From NCBI GenBank assembly GCA_028534125.1, contig CM052848.1:13082001-13146000 (forward strand): DNA of 64,000 nt, given 5' to 3'. A model generated the notes under the pieces. The model did no database searches. It was given only the letters and a program-made list of their open reading frames with translations, and was not told where the DNA came from. This document shows, in pieces, positions 39,204-51,920 of this stretch. This stretch comes from Lama glama. Taxonomy: Eukaryota. A program made the translations under genes and the position numbers. The stretch's first letter is position 1. Each line of letters starts with the position of its first letter.

Positions 39204-41642
39204 CCGCCCCTCCCCGACCCTGGGTTGCTGCTGCCCCCGCTCGCACGGCCGGTGCCCAGGGGCGGCCCCCGGGAGGCCGGGGGAGGGCTGCAGTGGGGAC
39301 TTCTGGACACTGCTGGACCCAGCGTCCCCCACGCAGGCTGAGTAGGGCCACGCTGCTCACTGACCTCGCCTGGCGTGCAGCCGAGCATGCTGTTTCTGGG
39401 GGGGGGGGGGTAACTCCGCGCAGGCCTGACTGAGGCGTGTCTGCAGGCATACCCTCCCCTGGGGCACCTCTGCTTCCCTCTCAGAAGGTTTGACACGTTC
39501 GGGCCAAACAGTGGGAGATTGAGTCCAGGGCCCCCAAATTGCTGCTGAGTGAGTGTTGCCTCTTCCAGCTCCCGGCCTCCCTGGCCAGGGGTCAGCCTGT
39601 GACTTGAGCTCTTGATCCAGGTCCTGCCCAGAGGCTGCAAAGGTCCGGGTGTGTGGGTCCTGGTGACAGTGGGGCGTGCAGGTCTGCCTTGGGACCGCAG
39701 GGAGCCATGTGGCATGGAGGGTGCGCTCCGTCCTGGACAGGTTCTCCCGCTGCTGCTTGAGCCGCCCTTTCCACCACCAGGCTCACGCGGAGACTCACAT
39801 CCTACTGACACTGAGCATGAGGGGGCTGGCTTTTCCCTGAAACGTCCCAGGCCTGGGACGCGTTGGCGGTGCATTTGGTGGTGGAGAGGGGCTCCTGCTC
39901 CGCCCTGAGCATCGGGGCAGAGCCTTCCTGGTGCCGCATGTGAGATGGGTTGGGCCCCACCCATCCAGGGTACGTGGGGAGAGCAGAGCTGTGGTCAGGC
40001 TCGGGGCTGCCCACGCCGTCCAGGCGGTTGACGCATCCCCATCCTAGGGCTCTGAGTCCCCTGCCCCCCAACCCCTGTGCGTGGTCCCAGCCAAGACTCG
40101 AAGGACAGGTACCTGGAGTTCTCGCCCCGTGGAACAGCTGACGTCTTGTGAGTTCCTGCTGTTGACAGTGGCCCTGCCCAGTGCAGGAGGGATTTAAAGC
40201 AGCGAAAATTAGGTAACACTCAGTTTCTCAGTTGCAGCAGATGCTTTTCCAGTGCGTCAGAGCTGGTGACCTCTGTCCTGATGGCACAGCACAGACGTGG
40301 TCCAGCCCATCATCACCAGGAGCTCGGCCCAGGCCAGCCAGAGGGTCAGCCGTCCTCTCCCTGTGCCCCAGGCCTGGCCATCGCCATCGGGTGACCTTGG
40401 TGGGGCTGATTTTCAGAGAAGGGAGCAGCCGGGAGGCGACGGGCAGACACAGGCAAGGGGCCCAGCGGTCTCAGTCCTGCATCGTCAGTGTTGGGGACAC
40501 GGGTGGGTGACCAGCACAGGGCCACTCTGGGCTCAGTTGTCTGCCTGGGCACCCAGTGCGGGATTGGAGGCTCTGGGTCATGGAAGCATGTCTGTGGTGT
40601 GTAGATGGGGACTTTCCACGTGTATTTCCTGACTGTGTGATCAGCACAAGCCCCTTAGTTCTCTCTTAGAGTGACCTGAGATAGGAACTTCCCCGCCTGT
40701 CCTGTCGTTCACCAGACAACACTCATCTTCAGTTTCCGTTGCTCAGACACCTGTTTGGAAATCAGACAGACAGAAGAACCTTTTCACAAACTGAACTTCG
40801 GTGCAGGCAAACTGATGTCGTCCTTAAATCTGTGTTGTGACAGATGCCACTGAAGACACCCTGCTGGGGTTGCGGGGCGGGGGGCGCCCGGCAGGGGTGC
40901 GGGGCTCAGAGCTTCTCCACTCTGCGGCCCATGCTCTGCGCTGCACCTGGAGCAGGTGCGTTTGTACTTCAGTTCAGGCTCTTCCTGAAAGTCGTGATGG
41001 TTGAAGGGCGACTTAGACCTGCTGAGAGACTGGTCTTCGGAAACTCCTCTCTGATTGAGGGACCCAGTGGTGTGTGTCTTTTTCTTTTCTGGTTTCACTT
41101 TGGAAACAGCTCTAATTTTACGTGATGAGCAAGGCACATCAGGGAGAACCATGTGGCCGTTGATGAACTTGCCCCATTTTTTGTTACCATTTTCAACTGT
41201 AGCTTCGAGGATGTTTCTCATTCTCTGCCCAGAGGTATACGAGCTTCCAGTAGGTGGGACGGAGTCACACGGACGTCAGAGCTGGTGTTTTGCATGAGTC
41301 TCGGCCACACTTTCCACGATGGAGAGTCCAGGCCGTCTGTGGCGCTGACCTGGGCTCACGTGGCCGGTCCCGCAGGAGCTCAGCCAGGGAAATACTCGGG
41401 TCGGGGGTGGGGTGGGGAGGTGCCAGCTGGTTCAGAAACCCGACAGCTGTCCAGAACTGGCATCCTGGTTACGTCAAAGCTCAAAATCTTACAGAGAATC
41501 AGAGTTTAATAAATGAAGCACGGATGCCTCAGGGGCCAAGTGCATCACAGCTCAGGTCCAAGTTCTCTCCCTTTCCTGTGGGCAGAGCCCTCACTCAGTC
41601 AGCCTGCTCCTCTCTGTCGGAGTTCTGACAAGTTCAGTTCTT

Positions 41643-42180
41643 GGGTTTTTATTATTTTTTATTGTGGTAAAATAAAAAAAATATAAAATGTACCACTGTA
41701 ACCATTTTCAGGTTTATGCCCCCAGTTTTGTGCAACCATCACCTCTGTCTGGGTCCAGAACCTTTCCATCACCCGGAAGGGAACCCGTTCCCCACCCCGC
41801 CCCCAGCCCCTGGCTCCTGCCTCCTACTTTCTGTCTCTGAGTTCAGCTTCTCTGGGGACCTCACGTAGGTGGAATCATACAGGGTCTGTCCCTGGTGTCC
41901 GGCTTCTTTGACGCAGCGTGATGTATGCAGCTTTCATCTGCGACGTGGCTGTGTCAGGCTTTCCTTCCTTACGGCTGACTGATACTCCCTGTGTTTATGC
42001 TCATCTCGTTCGTCCGTCCGTCCTCTGATGGCCCCTGGGCTGCTGTGAGCAGGGCTGCCCTGCACTTCCTGCGTGGGGATTTGCTCAAGTATCTGTTTCC
42101 GGTTCTTTGGGGTGTATTCTTGGGAGTGCACTGTTGGGCCGTGTGGTAACTGGGTGTTTATCCTGTGATGAACCGCCCAC
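41643..42180 (-). mobile_element. Ancient L1MB-like 3' end, antisense
   Basis: tttttattgtggtaaaata...taaaatgtaccactgtaaccatttt...tgtgcaaccatcacctct...ccagaacctttccatcacc...ggtggaatcatacag...gccgtgtggtaact. Confidence 0.85.
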
Positions 42181-42544
42181 AGCTCTTGGGTTTTGTTTCC
42201 ATCTCCACTAAGGCGGAAGCAGGAGAGACTGACGGGTGGTCCGTCCGCAGCCTGGGAAGGGACGGAGACGGGTTGGCAACCATGTCTGCACCAGCATCCT
42301 TGACCTTGGCCTGATGTCAGGACCCGCCCTCCTCTGAACAAGGCCACACCTCACCCTGAACATCTCAGGGGAGCACCTGGCATCTCTGTTTCCTGCTGTT
42401 TGCTGTTAACACAGGCAGTCACGGAGCCGCCGGAGGTGGACCCACAGCTCAGTCCTCAAGGCGGGTGCGTGGGGCAGTGACGCTCACGTCAGGGGCCTGC
42501 CAGGCGCCGATGCCCCTACACCCTCCCCCGTGCTCATCTGGTGG

Positions 42545-42670
42545 GCCTGTGATAACCTGGGAGATCGGTGTCTCCATCACCACGTTTTGCAAAAGAGGAG
42601 ATTGAAGCCCAGAGAGATTCTCCCTTAGCCCAAGGCCACACAGCTGTGAGTGGACGACCGGGCTCCAGCT
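42545..42670 (-). mobile_element. MIR SINE remnant
   Basis: gttttgcaaaagaggagattgaagcccagagag...gcccaaggccacacagctgtgagtgg corresponds to the reverse-complement MIR core. Confidence 0.7.
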
Positions 42671-43874
42671 GGCGTGCGGCTGCCCCTCCCTCGAGCTGAA
42701 CGTGCACAGGAGGGTGAGAAGGAGCACTCTGGAGTTTGGTGGACAGAGAGCTCGAATCACTGGCTGAAGCAGGGACAGCTTTCCCTGTGGTATTTGCCTT
42801 AAGAGCTGAGCAAGACTGGCGGTCTGCCTGTGGAGATGGCGGGTCTGCAGCCTCGCACAGGTGGCAGGGGAGTCAAGGGGACGGGCTGGGCCTTCTTGGC
42901 ACGTGTGGGCTCGAGCAGGTGACGGCTCACCTGCAGCAGAGGGGTCTGGAGAGTAGTGGTGGGGAAGGCGTGGGTGGGGAGGGGCTTGAGGCCTGTGCGC
43001 GGGCTGAGGTCCGGACTCTGCTCTGTTGGGCGTGAGAGGGACAGTGGAGGTTTGGGAGGAGCAGAGTCGAAGGTGACCACCAGAAAGAGCCTGGGGACCC
43101 CTCCCCAAGACAGCCGGAGAGGGAAGGGGCTGTGGGGAGGGCAGGGGTCCAGAGGAATGGTCAGTGGTGGGTGTGGGACACCTAGGGGCAGAGAGTGGCG
43201 GGCCTGAGTGGTCACCCAGATGTGGGCGGAGGCAGAGACACAGGAGGGGCCCAGGAGTTGGAGGTACCCCGGCGACCCTGGCCCACGTATGTGATGCAGT
43301 CTGTTTGAGAACGTGGGGCTTGGAACACAGTTTAGGAGAATTATTTCCTGAAATGGTTGACTTGATAAATCCTCAGTCACCTTCCAGAGGCTCGGGATAT
43401 GAGGACAGTGGCAGGAGGGCAGAGACAGGGCCCCTGGGGAGGTGGCCCAGTGCTAGGTGGTCTGACCATGACGTCTCCTCCCTGCAGGAACAGGGTCCCC
43501 ACCGTAGGCACAAAGCCATTCGCTCACTCACCGTACTGTCGGGGCACCTGGTGAGTAACGTCTCCCTGGTAGTTTACACGCGTCTGCCACTCCGCATCAG
43601 CCCGATGCTGTGTATAAGTTTGTAAATGAACCTTTCTTTACATGCATAATACGAGCTTGCTCCCCAATGAATCATCTGATGAATGTTCATTAAAGGCAGT
43701 GACTTTCACTAGCCAGTTTCTTACTCTAAGTTCTTTCCCCATTTTGGTTTTATTTGATGCGGGGTTAACTGTGCTGGCGTCAGCGCTGTCAGAAATCTTT
43801 GCAGTTTGGACAAAAGACTCTGATACATTCTCATGAAATCTAATCTCAGACTAAAAAGCCTTCAAACGCATCTC

Positions 43875-44400
43875 AGAAAGTCCTGCTCTCCAGCACGACA
43901 GAGGGCAAGGGGCTGCCATCTCGGGGGCCAGGCGGGGAGGCAGAGAGTCGACCCCGAGTCCACAACCTGCATTGCTGTTCAGTCTTGGTGCTGGACAGCC
44001 TGCGGGGTTTGACACATACATGAGGACAGGCGTCCACTGCTACTGTGTCCCACGGAGCTGCCCGCAGCCCCCAGTCCTCGAGCTCCATCTGTTCACCCCT
44101 CCTCCCCCAGCCCTGCAACCACTGATCCTTTTTCCGTCTTCATGGTTCTGCCTTTTCTGAACGCCCTACCGTTGGAGGCGCAGTCTGGGCTTCTCTGGCT
44201 GACTCAGTCACGTGCACTACGGCTCCTCCGTGTCTTCTCAGGCCCGAGCGTCACCCCGCTGTGTGGACCGGCCCCCGTTGGTTTATCCTGCTGAGGTGCT
44301 TTTGTGGGTGGTGGCTGTGATGAAGCTGTGGGGAACGTCCGTGTGCGGGTTTCTGTGTGGACTTGGGTTTTCATCCTCCGTTTTTACGGTGTTGGGTACG
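43875..44400 (-). mobile_element. L1MC-like 3' end, antisense, strongly GC-shifted
   Basis: cacaacctgcattgctgttcagtcttggtgctggacagcctgcggggtttgacacatacatgaggacaggcgtccactgctact aligns by eye with the L1MC copy at about 61640-61740; it is followed by ccagccctgcaaccactgatccttttt. Confidence 0.7.
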
Positions 44401-47400
44401 TGAGGTCACAGCTGCACCCCCCACTCGAGTGACTTCCGTGGCAGGAGTGGCTCCTGGGGGCAGTTCTTGTTCAGGAGTTGACGGAGGTTCCAGGGAGGGT
44501 CTGGCCGTGGTCAGCACCCTTGACCAGCCCTGGGAGTTGATCCCAGGAGAGACAGAGCAGAAGAGGGAGAGGCTCAGGCCGGGGACTGCAGCCCCCCGCC
44601 GCCGCTGGTTCAGAGGGCACTGTGACGCGTGGCTCTGGGAAGTGGTCCCCGTGCCAGCGGGGGGACTCCGTGCTGCCCCGACGCCCCGTCTAAGGTAGGA
44701 CTTCCTGTGAACGGCTGTCCCCGGGAAGAGGGAGCTGCCTGTGTTGAAGGGACTTCAGATGCATAGTGTCAGTTACTGTTATTTTTATGTCACGGCGTTA
44801 AAATAAATGGGATGCCTGCCTTTTAGGAGGAATGTTTCACCAGCTGTAACTCCGCCTGTGCCTTCCTGGTGCCCTGGCGCTGGCCTGGCCTGGAGCCCCG
44901 TCTGCCTGGGTTTAGATTTCTCAGGGAGACACAGGGTCCCGCTCTGCCGCACTGGAAAGGGGGAGACCTGCACATGAGGGAGGGGACGCTCTGCAGGGGC
45001 GCCCCGACCCCCACTGTCCCTCTGTCTCACTGCACCACGAGCAGCTGAATTTCCGATGCAGGAAAGCTCCCTGTAAGCGGAAGCCCACTCCAGTGATGCT
45101 GAGAGCGGGGGCTGGAGTCCCGGCCTAGAGTCACTTTAAGCGAAACATAAGCACTTGGCAGGTGCCAGGCCTGTGAGCTGTGCGGCACAGAGTCCCGTCA
45201 GGACAGAAGTGCAGCCCCGGTGTTCGGAGTGCTGCCGCAGGTCTGTTCCTCTGGCGAGCCGGCCGCGCAGCCCCGGGTGCCGAGCCACCGGCCCTAGGGT
45301 CTGTGAGTCATAGGTGACCCCGCGCAGGGAGTGACTGAGAGGACCGTGTGGGGCCGGTCAGGGCTGCTCTCAGCCTTGTTTTTCAGAGCGATTGTGTCCC
45401 AGTGCCCTGAGCTCTTCAGCCTGTGGAGTCAAGGCCATCAGACAACAGCTCACTTGTGTGAGGCCCTGTTTCAAACTCGGGCTCAATGTGACCAGGGAGG
45501 GAACCACATGGTGCCGACGCCGGCTGGTGAGGTCGAGGCCCCGGTGAGGTCAGTGTGGGTGCATCTGCCCTGCAGTTAGGGTTTGGAAATCGCCCCGGTG
45601 GCACACACATGCGGTGGGAGGCAGTGATGGCGCGTCATCCTGGAGGCCCTGTCCCGGCGGCTTCCATTCTGAATCTTCAGGGAGTTTCTGCTCTGAGCCT
45701 GGCCTGTGACCAGGCCCGGCAGGGAGAGAGGACTTAGTGCTGACTTGGATTTCAGTTGGCCGCCGCCTCCAGGGCTGGCTGGGACAGCGGGGAGAGCCGT
45801 ACCTGGCAGCCCGTCGGGTCCCACAGGCGGCTGGCTGGGATGGCCCAGCAGGGCCTCTGCACCCCCACAAGTCAGTGACAGCCTCGGCCCGGTCTCTCTA
45901 AAAGGGAGCTGTTCTGCACCATCTGAACCACCATGGCCATAGTCTCTAGGGTCTGAGTCCTTCAGACCTGAGGGCCAGCCCATCCCCCCAGCTCTGCCCC
46001 GGCTTATGCCTGATGGTCAAGCTGCTGCTTCTGCTCCCCCCGCTCTGCCTGGCAACCTCCTCCTCCTCTTCTGAAGTCTGGACCGTCCCCACCCCATGAG
46101 GCCACCGTGACCCCCCGGCTGTCTGCCCCGCGGGGCTTTTGTCTCAGTCCTGACTTCGTGAAGGTGCCGCGTCCTTCTCGGGTGGGGTTTGCTGAGGCTG
46201 GAGGGATGTGGCCGTGACCCAGGGTGTGTGCACAGGGTGAGGGTGACTTGTCTTGCCTGCGTGACTGTCCATGGGGGACTTGGGGGAACAGGAGGAGAGC
46301 CCATCCGGGTCCCGATGCAGCTCCTGTTCCCCACCCCCCTCTGGAGAGCAGGGTCCAGGCTCTTGGCCTGGGCTCCACCCCCCTGAGGCAGCCCAGGAGG
46401 CACCAGGGGTGACCACAAGGAGAAAAAGCCTCCTTCCCACTGAGAACAGCCGAGTGCAGGTTCCTTCCGCAGGGGTCAATCCGGTGGGACCCACGCTCAT
46501 TATCAGGGAGCCGTCCAGGCCCCTCCCACTCTGCCCAACCCTCTGCTTCCACGGTCACCGGGCCTGTGTGAAGTCGCCTCTAACACGCAGTACTCGGGGC
46601 TGCCTTTCCTAAAACTCTCCTGTGGAACATCCACACAGAGGCAGGTGCTTCCAGCGGCTGAGCCGTGTCCCGCGTGCTCTGCTGGGCGTGTTTGGAGGGT
46701 GGGACGTCCAGCGGGTGACCAGCAACTGTGGACGGCGGGGCTAGACCCAGAGTCAGGTCCCAGCCCCACTCCGCCGTCCGTGTGCCCTTTCTGAACCACA
46801 CACTTGTGAAATGAGGGTAAGTTCGCATCTTGCAGTGTTTTAACCAGAATCAAGGCGCCCAGACGTGGCTGCGGGTGAGGACAAGTTACAGGAATGGGAG
46901 CCTGGTTACTCCCAAAGAGCACCACCGAGGGAAGCATGGACGTGAAAGGCGCCGGGGGACGTCTGTCGAGGACTTTGCTGCTCCACGCAGCCTCTTCGGT
47001 TAAGCCAGCAGTAACGGAGCAAACCTGACAGCCTCCGGTTCACAGTAATTAGGCTGTTCTCATTGACACACTGTCCCTTCTCTCTCTCGCCACTGAACTT
47101 AGTAAACTGGGAGAGCGGACGTGGCCTGCAAATTGCCCCTTCCTCCACAACATCCTTCACTGCCAGAGCTGCCCGAATTAGCAGCATTTGAAGCGGAAAT
47201 CTGTTGCGTCAGGGCACAGAGTTGTTGAATCTTGATTATCTGCTTATTGTATTTTAAAACTTAGATTATGCTTTGCTTCCATTTAACAAAGGAAGGAAAG
47301 TGTCGTTGGTGGCATTTTTATTAAAATAGAGATGTAACCCACACTCTTCAGTGGCTGGATGGATCACAGGAGCGGAGACTGATCAGCAGAGGACGAAATC

Positions 47401-50400
47401 CTGCAGCGCCGGGACGAAACCCTCTGTGCAGCAGGGGTCTGGTGAACATGAGTTCCTGGGTAGCGATGTCAGCCCTGGTCCCCGCCCTGCAGCATGGGGA
47501 GAGGCAGGTTTCGGGAGGGGAGAGGGCGAGGGTCTACTTCCAGTTGCCCACATGAACCCTGGACGATGTGGAAGAGGAGCCCGTCCACACGTGACATCAG
47601 AGGCCAGCCACCGAAGCCCACAGTTCTGACCAGACTCCAGGGGTTCCCCTGGTGTGGCCAGGACTTGCGGACTGTGTGACGTGGGCATGGGACCATCTCC
47701 TGCAGGTTGGAGCTTAGAAGATGGTCAGTCCTGATCATTCAGAACCAATGCAAATACCACATTTCAAGGAGTGGATGACTCTTAAAAAGATCACCTTGAC
47801 AACTGGAAGGCACAGCAAGGAGATGGGGGGTGGGGGGGGGAGGGGTGGGGCACAGACAGCCAGCCAGGACACCTGGCACTGCTTCTAACACCCTGGAACC
47901 CCCTTCTCCTTGGTGACAGAACCTTGTACCCCTGGCACCTGCTGAAGTCCTGAGTCCAGACCTGTGGGAAACCCTGGGGTCTGAGAGCAGCCATGCTGGG
48001 CAGAGGCCGTGCCACGCTTGTGACAGGAGCCCAGGGCACCGAGAGGAGAGGTCCTTTGCCCCGTGTCTTTGAATGAGCTGAAGTCAGCCAAGAGAATCGT
48101 CAGTCCCGAGGCGGCTTGGATTTCCGCACAGGGCCGTCCGTGCATGGTCTCCTGGTGGGGACCTGTGCTGTGTAGCAGTGTGCACTGATTTTTGAGAGCT
48201 GCTGCAAGAATAAATTTGCTGAATGAATAAATCTGCAGCAGCTGCCAGTCAGACATGAAAGGACAGCCTTGTGCAGAAATAACCTTTAAAAGGTACTGAG
48301 TGCAAAGGGGGTCCGTGGAAGGGATTTCCAGTCCATCAGGGAGAGACAGCAGCTCAGGCTCCGGCTTTCGGCAGACCAGGGTTCCAGCGAGGCCGCTCCC
48401 AGCTTGGCCGTCGCTTCTGGGGTCTGCATGCTCACGCACCCGGATCGGGGCAGACAGCCTCCCACCATCAATCAGGGCTGCGCGCGCAGACCTTGTGACG
48501 TTAACACAAGGCCCAGAGGGGGATGCTCCTTGGCTGGACTGGCTTTAATGAGCAGGCAGGCGTCATAAAGAGCTCAGTGCAGCTGTCAGTGCTACAGAAG
48601 ATTTTCTCAGACTGTGTCTGTGTCTCTATCGTCCTGCCCCCGAGGCGGTTCCATTAAACTGTCACAGCACGGCCTTCCTCATCCCCAGACCTCACGAGAA
48701 CCAGGGAGACTCACGGTCACTGCAGGGCAGGGGTGCGACAGCGCCTCGTGGGGGCATGAAGTCAGATGCGAGCTCCCAGGCGCTCCTCTGCCCTTGGCTG
48801 GGGTGGTGAGCGAGGCCTTCCCTCGGACACTGAGTTGTGGCTGTGCCACGCTCCCGGGTCCCAGCCAGCCTGAACTGTCCTCTTGGGTTTGGTCAGATGC
48901 CCCCAGAGCGAGCAGCCTGGACTGCTTCCCACGTTTCTCCAGGGGAGACTGACCTCTTTATGTTGAGTTGCTCTCGTTCAGAAAGCTGCCCCTCTCCTGC
49001 TTCACTGCTTCAATGGTGTCTCTCCACATCCATTTGCTCACCCCCACTCGGTGCCCCAGCATCCAGGCTGGGTCACTGGATCAGTCGGTCCACCCTGGAG
49101 GCTCCTGGGAGAGATAAGCTCTGGGGAAAGGCTCTGCATGGAGGGCAGGGCCCTGCGAGGCCTGCATGGTCAGTGGGTCAGCAGATGAGGGTGTGGCATG
49201 TGTTAGCGGCCACTACACACTCAGCAGATGAATGACTACTAATGACAGCTCTTTAAAGTTTCCCGTTTGTGGCTCCTGGCCCTCCCTGCGGCCTCATGGT
49301 GATGTGGACCTGAAGGACTTGGCCCGCCCAGCAGCACTGGGCCGGAACCCCTCGTGCTCCTTCTTGGGGGGAGCCCGTCTGCACTGAGCTGCAGCAGCCC
49401 AGGCTGGTTACCTCCCGCTCCGGCCGCGGTGGGAAGCGGCATGATTTCTGCTGATCTCCCGAGTGCTGCCATCTGGCCTGAGTGTCGGCCAAGTCTGACT
49501 GCAGCAGCAGCAGCAGGTCTTCACCCAAGAGGGCTTCAGCCTGGAGCCTCTCTCAGGCCTGCCTGAGGCCCCCCGGGCAGGTGTTCGTGGCCTCTCTGGG
49601 CTCCTCTCTCCTCTCCGGGACAGCCAACGGCCCGCTGTGTCCCTGTGCTGCCATTGCTGTCTCACAAGAGCACATACCCTAGAAAGCGGATTCCAGTCTC
49701 GCAGCAGGCGTTACGAAGGCTGAGACCTCGGCCGGGGCTGCCTCCCTCTCGCCGGCAGCTCAGCTCTGACAAAGGGCAGCTCCTCTAGCAGGTGTGGCAG
49801 GAAGCTTCTTAATGCTGCCTCTGACCCTGCTGCTCCCAAGACTGTGAGGGACCGAGGGCAGGACCTCCCCGCCTCTGCAGAGCACAGGGCCCCAAGCTCC
49901 CGCTGCGCAGGCCCTCCTGGATGGAGACTTCACGCCTTTGGTTGGGCTGGGATGCCCTTCTTGGCTCTCTCCACCCTGCTGAGCAGGCTGGGCTGCCCGT
50001 GGTGGGCAGGACCTGCTCTGACCTGCCGGCGGGAGGTGGGAGCGATGGTGTCTCTGCTGAGCGATTCTTACGAACTCCCGGGGCGTCAGTAGGCATCCGC
50101 TCAGTGCCAGTGTGGGCCATGAGGAATATCACGCTTTTGAATGTATGGGGTTGGTTAATCGTGTCCTTAGCAAATGTACTGAAGCATTTCCTGCTGCACA
50201 TAATAAATGATCAGAAACCAGTGAGTTCCTTTGAGCTTTCTGATGGGGCGTGAACAGTGAAGCCAGGCCTTGGCATGAGAGCGAGCGGGAGGCACTTCCC
50301 TCTCCTGCCGCATCTGCAGTGGGGTCGGGCTGAGGGCGGCCTGGGCCTCTGCAAGGTGAGCACAGCCAAGCCTGGGCAGCTGGAGCGGCCGCCTCCGCTG

Positions 50401-50869
50401 GGTCTGGTTCTGGCAGGCGCGCTGCAGGAAGCGGCCCCGGCCCCAGCCAGACATCTCCAAGGCGGTTCACGAAGTCACTGAGCGTGAAGGCGAGGAGAAT
50501 TCTCCTCCAAACTGGGTAAGCACAAACACAGGTCTGGACCCTCCTGGCCTAACGGGCAACGCCCCCCCTTCCCTTTCCTTTCCCCAGGAAATGGATAATT
50601 ATCAGAGCTCCATCCGGGCCCCTCCCTCCGCTCTAGGTGTTTGAGAGCTGGAAGGTGGCCCCTCTTACGGGCCCCATGACATTCAGGAGCTAACCGGCCT
50701 CTTAATCTTTGTCACTTACAGCATGGCAGGGTTCCTACTTCACAGGGTTCCTGTGAGCAGTAGTCGAGATACCCGCAGTGCGTGGCTCAGAGTAGCAGCA
50801 CGTAAACAGTCGTGTTCTTGTTTTCAGGAGCACAGTGGTGGGTGTGTGCACAGGCTCGGAAGGCAGGCC

Positions 50870-51035
50870 GCCTGCCACTCGCACCAGCTCTGGGATTCAG
50901 GCAGGTTACCGAACACCATCGTGCCTCACTTCTCTGTCTGCAGTGTCCATAACGTAAGGCCGGCCTCTTTGGATTGCTGTGAGCGCCCAGGGGGTCACAT
51001 AAGGAGAGTGTAGGACGCATCTGGGGTGCTCAGGA
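50870..51035 (+). mobile_element. MIR SINE remnant
   Basis: ggcaggttaccgaacaccatcgtgcctcacttctctgtctgcagt...ggattgctgtgag resembles the MIR core. Confidence 0.55.
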
Positions 51036-51714
51036 GAAAGCAGCCAGTCCTTCTGACGCTGGGGTGACAGTGACTAAGGATGTAGACTGTCCTTTGGAAG
51101 CAAAGGGTGAGCCCTCCTGGAACCCTGAGTCGGTGTGCACGGAGATGCAAGAGAGGAGACAGGGTGTCTCGCAAGGGTTGCACTTCTCTGATTTTACTTC
51201 CATCCACTGTGACCTTGATCCAGCCTGTGCAGGTGCCAGGCCGGGTGGTGTCTGCACGGTGCCCACTTGGCCTTTACTTCCCGTGAAGAGCTGGGTTTGC
51301 CATTGGCCATTTTCTGTACTTAGATGTGTCTGCCTTGTCCAAGAGTGTCCAAGCTTCTGGAATGTTTGTTTGCCTCAGCAAACAGCCTATGAGAATCAAA
51401 TTGTTTTATAGAGGCTTCTTCATTAGGAGACCAAAAACTCGCTAAGTATCGCCGGTTTTATTCTCCTGACATTCCCAGGAAATATGGAAGGACAGAGTTG
51501 ATCGTCTCCAGCGAGTGGGAGGACTGGTGCTCTGAGGAGAGGCCATCCCCCAGCTGGGGCTGCCCAGAGAACCACTGCTCTGACACGTGGCTGGTGGGGC
51601 CACTTGTGAGTGTAACACATGCCTGTTACAGAGACAGAGCTGCAGTCCCGTGTCCCTGCATTGCGGGAGACTGTGCCCGCCTGACCTGGTCTCTGCTCAC
51701 CTAGACCTTCTATT

Positions 51715-51920
51715 CAGGGCTTGGCAGGCATCTTGTGAAGGGCCAGACAGTAGGTGTTTTTGGCGTTGTGGCCCACATGGGCGCCACTGCAGCTCCTCAG
51801 CTCTGCTGCTGTGCAGGACGAGGCTGCATCTCCAAGAGGCTCAGCTGACTGAACAGGGGGCAGGACGGAGCTCCCCAGCACCTGACGGAACATCCACGCC
51901 GCTCCACCATCCTCGCTGAC
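51715..51920 (+). mobile_element. MER58A-like hAT-Charlie DNA transposon remnant
   Basis: cagggcttggcagg...tgtgaagggccagacagtaggtgtttttggcgttgtggcccacatgg...cagctcctcagctctgctgctgt parallels the MER58A consensus as I recall it (CAGGGGTCGGCAAAC..TGTAAAGGGCCAGATAGTAAATATTTTAGGC..). Confidence 0.7.

Noticed and set aside
39071-39964. Long intronic ORFs (297 aa here; also 57060-57944, 26578-27255, 42449-43108, 22525-23163)
   Set aside because: Pro/Gly/Arg/Ala-rich products with no domain motifs, typical of GC-rich non-coding DNA.
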